A DNA stretch of 25,843 nt from a virus (IMGVR_UViG_3300038974_000120:1-25843); one strand, 5' to 3'; positions 16,112-24,746 are shown, counted from the first letter of the stretch. Notes: a model not told the origin generated them from the sequence alone. Translations and numbers: made by a program.

Positions 16112-16894
16112 ATGCAGAGAATGCCAATCTTATCAGATTCCGACATGAATCTGTTTGAATTGAAAACGCGGTTCGTCCGCAATTATCTGACCTTTGCCGG
16201 GAAGAACAGCAAGGACTATCTGCTCTATATCTCCGGCCCCGGTGTGTACGACAGCCCGGCAGTGGATGTGGAGATGCAGACCATTCCCGGCAAGAACGGC
16301 GACCTGATCCGGGACAACGCCAAAGCGGGAGAGCATCGCTTTAAGAATCTGGACATCAGCTACGACGCCTTTTTCTTTGATGCGGTTGCTCCTCGCACAG
16401 CGTCGGTGAAGAGCTGGCTGCTCTCGCCCGCGGGCTATCAGGTGCTTCATGACACTTACGATCCGGATTTCTTCCGCATGGGCATCTGCAAGGAAGCCAT
16501 CGCCTTCGAGCCGAAGAGAGGCAAAGGCGCAACGATGAAGCTGGTGTTCCATTGCCAACCCCAGCGGTGGAGCGTGGACGGACAGAGGAAGCTGAGCCTC
16601 CCTCGCGAGACCACCATCAAGAATCCCTTCGAGTTCCATGCCAAGCCCATCATCCGCGTCTTTGGCAGCGGAGAGGGCAATGTGTATATCGGGGACGAGG
16701 TGATCCAGATCCTTGCCAATGACGGGTATATAGATCTGAACTGTGAGACACACAACGCCTATGATGCTTCCGGCTTCTGTAATGGCTATGTGAAGAGCGA
16801 GGACTTTCCAGATCTGAAGCCGGGGAAGAATCACATCGCCTGGAGCGGAAACATCAGCCGTATTGAGATCACGCCAAGGTGGTGGACGCTATGA
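16112..16894 (+). CDS. Distal tail protein (Dit)
   Basis: RBS GGAGG upstream. Motifs YLTFAGKNSKDY, IPGKNGDLI, FHCQPQRW, NPFEFHAKPII and FPDLKPGKN..I.PRWW. First structural gene after the tape measure gene. Confidence 0.85.
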   Translation: MQRMPILSDSDMNLFELKTRFVRNYLTFAGKNSKDYLLYISGPGVYDSPAVDVEMQTIPGKNGDLIRDNAKAGEHRFKNLDISYDAFFFDAVAPRTASVKSWLLSPAGYQVLHDTYDPDFFRMGICKEAIAFEPKRGKGATMKLVFHCQPQRWSVDGQRKLSLPRETTIKNPFEFHAKPIIRVFGSGEGNVYIGDEVIQILANDGYIDLNCETHNAYDASGFCNGYVKSEDFPDLKPGKNHIAWSGNISRIEITPRWWTL

Positions 16895-18906
16895 TTCCTT
16901 GCCTTTACACGGAAACAGAAACAGCCTTCACAACCAACGGTATAGGCAAGCTCTGCGACGCTCTGTCCTGCTATGTGACGGAGAAACGGAACGGCTCCTA
17001 TGAGCTGAAGATGGGCTATCCGTCCTTCGGTATTCATGCGGAGGATGTGGTGGAGGGTAATATCATCCTTGCGAAACCTTCCGAGCGTGCTACAGCCCAG
17101 CCTTTCCGCATTTACAAGATCACGACTCCGTTGACCGGCCTCCTGGAAGTTCAGGCACGACACATCCAGTATCAGGAGAACTTCATCACGGTTTCTCCGT
17201 TTTCGGCGCAGGGCTCTCAGGCGGCGATGGCAGCGATCAAGAGCCATACGACAACGGATTGCCCCTTTGAATTCTGGACAGATATTGATAGTTCTGCGGT
17301 GTTCTCAATATCTGCACCGGCGACTGTTCGCGGATGTCTCGGTGGAATGGACGGATCCATGCTGGACACCTACGGCGGGGAGTATGAGTGGGATATGTAC
17401 ACGGCTATGCTCCACGGGCATCGAGGCGCGGACCATGGTGTGAAGATCGTGTACGGCAAGAACCTGATCGATTTTAAGATGGAGCGGTCCATCGAAAACA
17501 TGATCACAGGCGTGCATCCTTACTGGAAACACAGTGAGGACGGCACGCTTTTCGAGTTGCCGGAAAAGGTGGTAACCGTTGAGCATGACGGGCCTTATGA
17601 AAAAATCTCCGTTCTGGACTGCACCAGCCATTTTGAGGAGAAGCCGACGGAGGCACAGTTGAGAAATTATGTAAACCAGTATCTCCAGAACACAAGTCTG
17701 ACGGAGCCGGACATCGACATCAAGATCGACTTCTTCCAGCTCTGGCAGACGCCCGGCTATCAGGATATCGCGGAAGCGGAGCGGGTGAGCCTGTGTGATA
17801 CGGTGCATGTGTATATCTCCAAGCTCGGCATCGAGGTCAGCTGCAAGGTCACGGAAACCGAGTACGATGTTCTTCTGGAGCGTTACAAGAGCATCACGCT
17901 TTCCAATGCTGCGGTATATTCCAGGAACAGCAGTTTATCCGGCTCCCTTGGCAGTCTGCGAGACGAAGCGCAGCTGGCAACGGAGGCAGTCAACCGTGTT
18001 GAAACACAGGTGACGGATATCCGAACACTGACCGTTCAGCAGGAATACTTTAATGCGTTGGCTTCCGGACTATTCGGCCTTCACTATTCTTCCGGTGTGG
18101 AAGAGGATGGCTCTACTATCCGGTATGCGCACACCAGCGAGAGAATCGCCGACAGCGCCTATGTCTGGAAGAGTGGCATCAGGGGCTTTTTCATATCTAT
18201 AGATGGCGGTCAAACCTGGCGGCTCGGCTGGGATACGACAGATCATGTGGTCAAAACCGCCGTGGAGGCTGTCGGTGTGAACGCCAGTTTCCTTGGCTCC
18301 GGCACACTGCGGACGGCGCTGGTGAAGATCCTTGGAACGGACAAGTTCTACTGGGAGGACGACGCCATCATCATGGAGGATGGCGTGAAGCAGATCAAGA
18401 TCGGTCAATACCGGGAAGGCGATTACGGGATCGCAGTCAGTACTGACGGCGGCACGACCTGGACAACGGCTATCGACTTTGACGGCCTGCATGGCGGCGG
18501 CGGAGAGACTATCATCTATCAGGACACGATCACCAAGGCAGGGCTGGCTCCACTAAACCCTTTAGTCAATGATCTGTGGGTGGATACCATCGAGAAAAGA
18601 CTGAAACTTTGGAGCGGAACCGAATGGGTGAATATCGGATATGAGCCGGTTGAGCCTACACCACCTGATCCAGAAGAGCCGGAGGATCCCGGCGAGGGTG
18701 GAGGAGAAGATCCAGGTGGTGAAGGCAGCGGTGAGGATCCAACGGATCCGGAGAATCCCGGTGGTGATGGTGGAAGCGAAGATCCAGCCGATCCTGATAA
18801 TCCTTCCGACCCGGAAGATCCAGGAGAAGAACCCGGTGGTGAAGAACCCGGTGGCAACGATGAAGAGAATCCCGGAGATGAAGCGGCTCCGGAGGAAGGA
18901 GGCTAA
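16891..18906 (+). CDS. Tal-like / prophage tail endopeptidase-family baseplate hub protein with an acidic Pro/Gly-rich C-terminal tail
   Basis: ATGA overlap with Dit. Motifs MIPCLY...NGIGKL, EKRNGSYELKM, QPFRIYKI, GGEYEWD, YGKNL and VSLCDTV. Two SxDGGxTW motifs. The last 87 aa are mostly E/D/P/G. Confidence 0.85.
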   Translation: MIPCLYTETETAFTTNGIGKLCDALSCYVTEKRNGSYELKMGYPSFGIHAEDVVEGNIILAKPSERATAQPFRIYKITTPLTGLLEVQARHIQYQENFITVSPFSAQGSQAAMAAIKSHTTTDCPFEFWTDIDSSAVFSISAPATVRGCLGGMDGSMLDTYGGEYEWDMYTAMLHGHRGADHGVKIVYGKNLIDFKMERSIENMITGVHPYWKHSEDGTLFELPEKVVTVEHDGPYEKISVLDCTSHFEEKPTEAQLRNYVNQYLQNTSLTEPDIDIKIDFFQLWQTPGYQDIAEAERVSLCDTVHVYISKLGIEVSCKVTETEYDVLLERYKSITLSNAAVYSRNSSLSGSLGSLRDEAQLATEAVNRVETQVTDIRTLTVQQEYFNALASGLFGLHYSSGVEEDGSTIRYAHTSERIADSAYVWKSGIRGFFISIDGGQTWRLGWDTTDHVVKTAVEAVGVNASFLGSGTLRTALVKILGTDKFYWEDDAIIMEDGVKQIKIGQYREGDYGIAVSTDGGTTWTTAIDFDGLHGGGGETIIYQDTITKAGLAPLNPLVNDLWVDTIEKRLKLWSGTEWVNIGYEPVEPTPPDPEEPEDPGEGGGEDPGGEGSGEDPTDPENPGGDGGSEDPADPDNPSDPEDPGEEPGGEEPGGNDEENPGDEAAPEEGG

Positions 18907-19602
18907 ATGGCTAATATCATTCAGATCGGCCCGGTGTCCATCTATCAGGATATCGAGCTTTCCCTGACAGAGCACCTTGTGCCTCCTGTCGTTCATGTGA
19001 AGCAGTTTGATCATAAGGCGAGGAAGGTACGATGTACCCTCTATACCAACGCGGTGGAATACACCATCCCCGCCAACATCATTCTGGCATATTCCGGTAC
19101 CCGTCCGGACGGACGCATCTTCCAGTACAGCACGGAGGCGCTGACAAACGACAAGGTTGACTTGATCGACAACAAGCTGGTCATCACGATCACGGATTTC
19201 ATGACGGAAGTGGCGGGCCGGTATCCGGTTGATCTTGTCCTGTTGGATGCGGACGGAGACATCCTCGGCTCCTTTAACTTCACCCTTTATGTTGAGCGGG
19301 CGGCGAATAAGAACCGGAAGATTCTCACGGCAACCTACCCTTCTGTCGCGGAAGCGGTGCGGAACGGTGTTTTCGAGTGCTTCACTACGGAGGACGGCTA
19401 TTTTGGCATCAATACGGATGACGGGTTGAACCTTGGGGACGGCTCTTACTCCGATGTAGTAGACCGCATCAACAGTGAACTGGTAGAGACCAGCATCAAT
19501 GATGACGGCTATCTGGTTTTTGAGACAGACGAACGGCTGGGGCTTGTCTTCGGCATGGATGATGAGGGCAACCTTGTCGTGGATTACAGGGAGGAGATAT
19601 AA
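18907..19602 (+). CDS. Baseplate upper protein (BppU-like N-terminal domain)
   Basis: Pattern VKQFD...R...CTLY...RPDG...GSFNFTLYVE. Synteny after Tal. Confidence 0.7.
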   Translation: MANIIQIGPVSIYQDIELSLTEHLVPPVVHVKQFDHKARKVRCTLYTNAVEYTIPANIILAYSGTRPDGRIFQYSTEALTNDKVDLIDNKLVITITDFMTEVAGRYPVDLVLLDADGDILGSFNFTLYVERAANKNRKILTATYPSVAEAVRNGVFECFTTEDGYFGINTDDGLNLGDGSYSDVVDRINSELVETSINDDGYLVFETDERLGLVFGMDDEGNLVVDYREEI

Positions 19603-22600
19603 ATGGCGAGATATGTAGGAAAGCGGATTGTTCCCAAGCACTGCGGCTACTGGGACAATACCAAAGAATACGAAATGGAGAGCGTCGTATACGACCAGGC
19701 AAGCGGCAACAGCTATATTAGCCGCAAGACTGTGCCTGTTGGAACAGATATCTCCCAGACGGAATACTGGGCGCTGTGCTCGGACTTCAATATGCAGATG
19801 GATCTGCTGGAGAAGCATTTCACAGCAACCGAGCAGCGGATTGTGGCGGATAACGATGCGACGGAACAGGCGATCCGGGAGAACAATGCGGCGACAGCGC
19901 AGACTGTGCAGGAGAATAACGCTCAGACCAGGCAGCACGTGGATGAGAGCTTGGAAGAGACCACGCAGAATCTTACCGAAACCGTGAACAACGCTCAAAC
20001 GGCGATGACTCAGCAGAAAGCATCCTTTGATACGACAGCCCAGCAGCTGAATGCCCGGATGGACGAGGTGCTTGCTGCCGGAACCGGTGACGGCACAACG
20101 GAGGTGGCGGATGCCAGGGTCGACGCAGAAGGAAATGCGTATGACTCCCTTGGCGCTCACGTCAGGGATATTCTTCCGAGAGCACAAAAGAATGCACAGG
20201 ACCAGTTCCTGAAAAATATGTCAGAAAATTATGATCTTGGAATTTTCCATATACAGAGATTCAACCTGCATGAGAGGCAGTTGGATTACTCTTATTCTAC
20301 TTCGACTTTCAGCGGGTGGGTATCCAAGTATGAGGTGCCCACCAATCTGACGGTGACTGAACTCCGGTTTTATATCAAGGCTCGGGAAAATCCGATTACG
20401 AAAGTGCGTGTCACTATAGCAAAGGAAGAGTTGATTGACTCTGCTATTGTTTTTCAGACCTACCTGGACTTGGAGATTCAGCCAGAAGAAGAAAGGCTTG
20501 TCAGCTGCACGATTCCACATGTGAAGCTCCAGCAGGGTGAGATCGTCTTTATCGGTGTGGATGGTAACGTGATATGTTCTCAGGGATTCGGGCAGAAAGA
20601 TTACGGCGAAATAGTTAGCTGGTATGTGGTGAATGGCACTTTTCGCTCTCTTTCTGATTACAGCAATGGTAGCCACAGGAAACTGTATATGGAGATGTCC
20701 GGCTTTGCAGAAGGCGTCTTTATGACGGAATATCTTCAGGGAGTTACTGATAATCACGAAACCAGAATCAGAAATATGGAAGAATGGGAATTGCTTGTAG
20801 ACGAATTTGAAAAAGAAGACATCTACATTAACGAGCAGAATCCGCTTCCAGTGAACAATGTGGTGGAACGCTATAACTATTCGACTTTCGTTGGCTGGGC
20901 CTGCCCAATTGGTCATCCTACGGATTTCGACACTTTGATTTTCTCTATCAAGAATAGGAGCTCCGAGAATTATGTCGAATATGTCCGTTGCTTTATTACG
21001 CTTGGAAGCTGTGCTGGAGAAGTCCTTATAGACGAGGTTATGTCCGATGTTCATATCGCACCGGGAGAATGGAGAAGGGTTGAATTTCATTTCTCCAGGG
21101 TGATCGAAAATACAGAAGAAGCAGAGCTGTATGCCGGGTTCTCCTGTGACCAGCATATTTCTTTTATGGGCGGGTATACGGGTACAATCCTTCGTCCCCC
21201 GTCCTATGGTGTTGTGACCTATAACGCTATGGACAATCCAACCTATAATGGTATGATGCGGAAGCCTTCCGGATGGACTGCGCTTTACGATCCGCAAGAG
21301 AATAATACTGGAAAGGTTGATTTCCTTATTGCAAAACAATCGGCGAGATATGGCCTGGGTCAGTTCAGAGAACAGGTAGGAGAAGTTGTTAGAGAAGAAG
21401 CAGAAGGGCAGATCGACGAAGCGTTGCAGGAGAAGGTCTCCTCGGCGCTGCCTCCGAGAGTGATCCTGCCCGATGTATTCCATGCAGTCGTGGGCGATAC
21501 GCTGCAACTGTTCTACAGAGGAATCGTGGAGCATCCGAATCCGTACAACTACAACATCGAATTCTGCTGCGATATCGGGAAAAACACACCTCGGTACTTT
21601 GAGGTTACGCCGACAGCCGATCAGACCGGAGATCATACGCTGACAGTAAGGGTAAGGGGTCATCTCGATAACATCCTTGTGGAGGCAACGACGATCCTTC
21701 GGGTTCATGCGGTTGGAGAAGCTCCCTCTCTCCGCAAAAACGTGCTCTGTGTTGGCGACAGCCTGACGAGCAGCGGCATCTGGTGTAAGGAAGCACTCCG
21801 CAGATTTACAGAGACCGGAGGAACACCTGCCGGGCTTGGCCTTTCCAACATCCGCTTCATCGGTACGAAGAAAAACGGCGAATGCGGATACGAAGGCTAC
21901 GGCGGATGGACCTGGGCGAGTTACCTGAGCGCCCCGGCAGCGACGAGACTTGGCATGTGGGTGTACGGTTCTCATGACAAGGACAGCACCGATCAACACA
22001 GTCTCTGGGAGGATGCGTCCGGCAACATTTGGTCCATGGAGACTATCGAAACCGGTCGGATCAAGTTTACCCGGTATCTGGATCATACGGCTCCGATGCC
22101 ACTGGGAGCGGGAACACTGCATCACTATCAGAACGCTACGCACACAGCGGATATCGACTACGATGAAACGGTGTATGCGGAAGGCAATCCTTTCTGGGAC
22201 AGTGATGAGGGCCAGGTCAATTTCCGGACCTACTGCGAACGGAATGGCTTTGACCGCGTGGACTATATGGTGACGATCCTTTCCTGGAACGGCATGGCAG
22301 GAACGCAGTATGCCAGCAGTCAGACGATGATCGAAACCCATGTGAACAATGCCAAACAGCTGATCCGCATCCTCCATGAGCAATATCCAAACGCCAAGGT
22401 AAAGATGATGGGCATCCAGCTTCCGTCGCTCAATGGCGGATGCGGACACAGCTACGGGGCGAGCAGCCAGTATTCCAACTGGTATGGTCTTGTCCGGGCA
22501 GTCATGAATATGAACCTGGCTTACCAGGCGATGTCAAACGAGGATGAGTTTAAGGACTATGTGGAGTTCATCAATATCTCCGGTCAGTTTGACAGCGAGT

Positions 22601-22752
22601 ATAACATGCCGCGCCAGACCAAGGCCGTGAACACCCGGAGCAGCACGACGGAGCAGGTCGGAACCAATGGCGTGCATCCGGCGACGGAAGGTTACTACCA
22701 GATCGGCGATGCCGCTTACCGGGCGCTGGTTCCGGAACTCACGGAGGTATGA
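19603..22752 (+). CDS. Tail fibre / receptor-binding protein with coiled-coil stem, two repeated central domains and a C-terminal SGNH/GDSL hydrolase
   Basis: N-terminal YVGKRIVPKHCGYWD...YISRK.VP.G and an EVADARV motif. SGNH blocks VLCVGDSLT, EGYGGW, LSWNG and NGVHP. RBS GGAG upstream. Confidence 0.82.
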   Translation: MARYVGKRIVPKHCGYWDNTKEYEMESVVYDQASGNSYISRKTVPVGTDISQTEYWALCSDFNMQMDLLEKHFTATEQRIVADNDATEQAIRENNAATAQTVQENNAQTRQHVDESLEETTQNLTETVNNAQTAMTQQKASFDTTAQQLNARMDEVLAAGTGDGTTEVADARVDAEGNAYDSLGAHVRDILPRAQKNAQDQFLKNMSENYDLGIFHIQRFNLHERQLDYSYSTSTFSGWVSKYEVPTNLTVTELRFYIKARENPITKVRVTIAKEELIDSAIVFQTYLDLEIQPEEERLVSCTIPHVKLQQGEIVFIGVDGNVICSQGFGQKDYGEIVSWYVVNGTFRSLSDYSNGSHRKLYMEMSGFAEGVFMTEYLQGVTDNHETRIRNMEEWELLVDEFEKEDIYINEQNPLPVNNVVERYNYSTFVGWACPIGHPTDFDTLIFSIKNRSSENYVEYVRCFITLGSCAGEVLIDEVMSDVHIAPGEWRRVEFHFSRVIENTEEAELYAGFSCDQHISFMGGYTGTILRPPSYGVVTYNAMDNPTYNGMMRKPSGWTALYDPQENNTGKVDFLIAKQSARYGLGQFREQVGEVVREEAEGQIDEALQEKVSSALPPRVILPDVFHAVVGDTLQLFYRGIVEHPNPYNYNIEFCCDIGKNTPRYFEVTPTADQTGDHTLTVRVRGHLDNILVEATTILRVHAVGEAPSLRKNVLCVGDSLTSSGIWCKEALRRFTETGGTPAGLGLSNIRFIGTKKNGECGYEGYGGWTWASYLSAPAATRLGMWVYGSHDKDSTDQHSLWEDASGNIWSMETIETGRIKFTRYLDHTAPMPLGAGTLHHYQNATHTADIDYDETVYAEGNPFWDSDEGQVNFRTYCERNGFDRVDYMVTILSWNGMAGTQYASSQTMIETHVNNAKQLIRILHEQYPNAKVKMMGIQLPSLNGGCGHSYGASSQYSNWYGLVRAVMNMNLAYQAMSNEDEFKDYVEFINISGQFDSEYNMPRQTKAVNTRSSTTEQVGTNGVHPATEGYYQIGDAAYRALVPELTEV

Positions 22753-22756
22753 GAAG

Positions 22757-22873
22757 ATGAAACACTTTACAGACTCCTCAACGATACCGACGCATCCGAG
22801 TGATAAGGACCACGGAATAATGGGAGAAAGGGCTGTGCTTGATCTGAAACGGCAGTATGCTCCTACGGAATAA
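22757..22873 (+). CDS. Putative 38-aa small protein
   Basis: RBS GGAGG at 22743-22747, ATG 22757, TAA 22871-22873. Sequence MKHFTDSSTIPTHPSDKDHGIMGERAVLDLKRQYAPTE fills the gap between fibre and holin-like gene. Confidence 0.5.
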   Translation: MKHFTDSSTIPTHPSDKDHGIMGERAVLDLKRQYAPTE

Positions 22874-22906
22874 CACGCTCCATGGCGGGCGGGAAGGGAG
22901 AAAAGA

Positions 22907-23317
22907 ATGAGCTTCAAGGAAATCATTTCACAACTGAACGCGGGGTATGTGGCGGCGGGCATTGCGGTGTTGCTGTCGCTGATACAGATCAGCCCGCTGA
23001 AGCTGAACCCCTGGGATGCCATCCTCGGATGGCTTGGAAAGAAGCTGAACGGATCGACAGAGAGGCGATTGGAAGAGCTACAGAAGCAGGTCCGGGATAT
23101 GTGGATCAATACCCACAGGCAAAGCATCCTTACCTTTGCCCGTGAGTGCCGGGCGGATATGCACCACGACGCGGAGGAGTGGAATCATATTCTCTCTATC
23201 GCAGATGAATATGAAGTCTACTGTCAGAAGAACACGGTAAGCAATGGTGTGGTCAAGGCGGATACGGAGTATATCCGTGGGCTTTATCAGGAACTTAGCC
23301 ATAATCACAAGATTTAA
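22907..23317 (+). CDS. Holin-like / lysis-module membrane protein
   Basis: N-terminal hydrophobic segment YVAAGIAVLLSLIQISPLKLNPW, followed by a coiled coil and Y..YC....NG. Located at the start of the lysis module. Confidence 0.6.
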   Translation: MSFKEIISQLNAGYVAAGIAVLLSLIQISPLKLNPWDAILGWLGKKLNGSTERRLEELQKQVRDMWINTHRQSILTFARECRADMHHDAEEWNHILSIADEYEVYCQKNTVSNGVVKADTEYIRGLYQELSHNHKI

Positions 23318-23344
23318 CCCCATGACGGGGTTGAAAAGTCAGAA

Positions 23345-23369
23345 GCACGGGAGACCGTGTTTTTATTTT
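23345..23369 (+). terminator. Intrinsic terminator with a GNRA loop
   Basis: GCACGG-GAGA-CCGTGT followed by TTTTATTTT. Confidence 0.75.
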
Positions 23370-23404
23370 GCCGTCCGGGCGTTAAGCGGAGAAGGGAGAA
23401 TTCT

Positions 23405-23800
23405 ATGAATGCTGTCATTATCGAGACTATCGTGAGTGTGCTGGCCAATCTGGCTGTTACACTGATCGGTGTTGCAGGCGCATGGCTGGTGACTCAGATC
23501 GGAAAGAAGCAGCAGCTTCATACCATCAATGCAGCTGTTAATGAACTGACCAATGCGGCGGAACAGACCGTGTGGGAGCTTCAGCAGACGGTTGTGGATA
23601 GCCTGAAGGAGGCTGCGGCGGATGGGAAGCTGACACAGGCTGAGATCACTGATCTTGGGAAGAAGCTGCTGGAAGGTACCCTGGCTAAAATGTCCGATTC
23701 CGGAATCAATGTGCTGAAGGCGGCCAACGTGGATATCAATGCCATCGTAACCGGCGCTGGCGAGGCGCTGATTGCCAGGATCAAACGTGAAGACGTATAA
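23405..23800 (+). CDS. Putative holin (LL-H-like: one N-terminal TM helix plus a soluble helical domain)
   Basis: RBS GGGAG precedes ATG 23405. TM segment IVSVLANLAVTLIGVAGAWLV, followed by AEQTV...LK..AADGKLT. Confidence 0.62.
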   Translation: MNAVIIETIVSVLANLAVTLIGVAGAWLVTQIGKKQQLHTINAAVNELTNAAEQTVWELQQTVVDSLKEAAADGKLTQAEITDLGKKLLEGTLAKMSDSGINVLKAANVDINAIVTGAGEALIARIKREDV

Positions 23801-24254
23801 GCTGTTTCGGATGAAAGAGGGGCATCTATATCCTCTCTTCGTGGAAACCGGACGTGAGATGAAGTTGGGAAAATGGCTGGAAGCCGGAGTCGGAGAACTG
23901 GTGGATCCCACACATGTGAAGAGCAAGTTGGGGCCACTGGCGCTCCGGCCCGGCTTTCATTCTACGGAGGTACCCTTTGCCGATTGGATAGGTAAAAGGC
24001 AGGGCGGCATACTTGTACAGCGGAAAGACACCGCCTGGTGCGAATGCGAAGTCGATGGGCAACAGGAGCATCCCTCTGAAAGATATGGAAAGCGAACACT
24101 GCCGAAGGATTGGTACTATTTCCGGACAAAACCCAATCAGCCATTTCCCTGGATCATCTCAAACAGAATCAAGATTACACGGGTACTGGACCATGCGGAG
24201 GTAGAGGCTGTCTGCCGGGCGCATGGGGTAGTTGCCCAGAAAATGGAGGAATAG
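23787..24254 (+). CDS. Uncharacterised globular protein (YKLFR...RPGFH...WCECE motif set)
   Basis: Open frame overlapping the holin stop. GTG 23787 with AGGA upstream, or TTG 23772. The next gene's RBS is embedded in its 3' end. Confidence 0.72.
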   Translation: MKTYKLFRMKEGHLYPLFVETGREMKLGKWLEAGVGELVDPTHVKSKLGPLALRPGFHSTEVPFADWIGKRQGGILVQRKDTAWCECEVDGQQEHPSERYGKRTLPKDWYYFRTKPNQPFPWIISNRIKITRVLDHAEVEAVCRAHGVVAQKMEE

Positions 24255-24257
24255 TCT

Positions 24258-24623
24258 ATGGCTACGAACAAGACCTATATTGTCGTGAAAGACGGCGAGG
24301 AGCTGAAGGAACTGAAATCGCTGGCTGCCGCGAAAAAGCTGGCTGATGCAGAAGGTGGTACGGTTATCTGCAATGGAGTAACTGTGTATCCCGAACCTTC
24401 GATTGAAACCGCAGAGCCTGCCCCTGTGTCGGAGAAGTACACCCTGATGGCAAAGATGAACATCCGAACAGCACCTTCCCTGAAGGCGGATAAAGTCGGT
24501 ATTGCCGAGCCAGGAACCGTTGTGGAGGTTTTGGGGATTGAGAATGACTGGCTGCGTGTAAAAAACGGGGCTGGTGTGGTTTTCATTCTGTATGGCTGCG
24601 GAAAATACGCCCGGAGGAACTGA
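24258..24623 (+). CDS. Small protein with a C-terminal bacterial SH3 (SH3b) domain
   Basis: RBS GGAGG upstream. MNIRTAPSLKADKVGIAEPGTVVEVLGIENDWLRVK fits the SH3b pattern. Confidence 0.78.
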   Translation: MATNKTYIVVKDGEELKELKSLAAAKKLADAEGGTVICNGVTVYPEPSIETAEPAPVSEKYTLMAKMNIRTAPSLKADKVGIAEPGTVVEVLGIENDWLRVKNGAGVVFILYGCGKYARRN

Positions 24624-24673
24624 CAGATAGCTCGAATTCCCTTGCGGATTATTGTGCAAATTATTCCTCATAA

Positions 24674-24710
24674 TTGACTTGATAATATCCCGCTTCAGAG
24701 TGATATATGT
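24674..24710 (+). promoter_or_regulatory. Putative promoter of moron 3
   Basis: AT-rich intergenic region with overlapping TTGACT/TTGATA (24674-24684) and an extended -10-like TGATATATGT (24701-24710). Spacing is not ideal. Confidence 0.45.
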
Positions 24711-24746
24711 ACACACCGAAAGGGAAAACACATCAAGGAGGAAACG

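Noticed and set aside
18562-22449. Long minus-strand ORFs (541 and 742 aa) opposite the baseplate and fibre genes
   Set aside because: They fully overlap well-supported + strand genes and have the composition of shadow ORFs.
19603-23400. Diversity-generating retroelement or shufflon acting on the tail fibre
   Set aside because: I saw no reverse transcriptase, no adenine-mismatched TR/VR pair, no invertase and no inverted fibre cassettes in this window. A remote template outside the window cannot be excluded.
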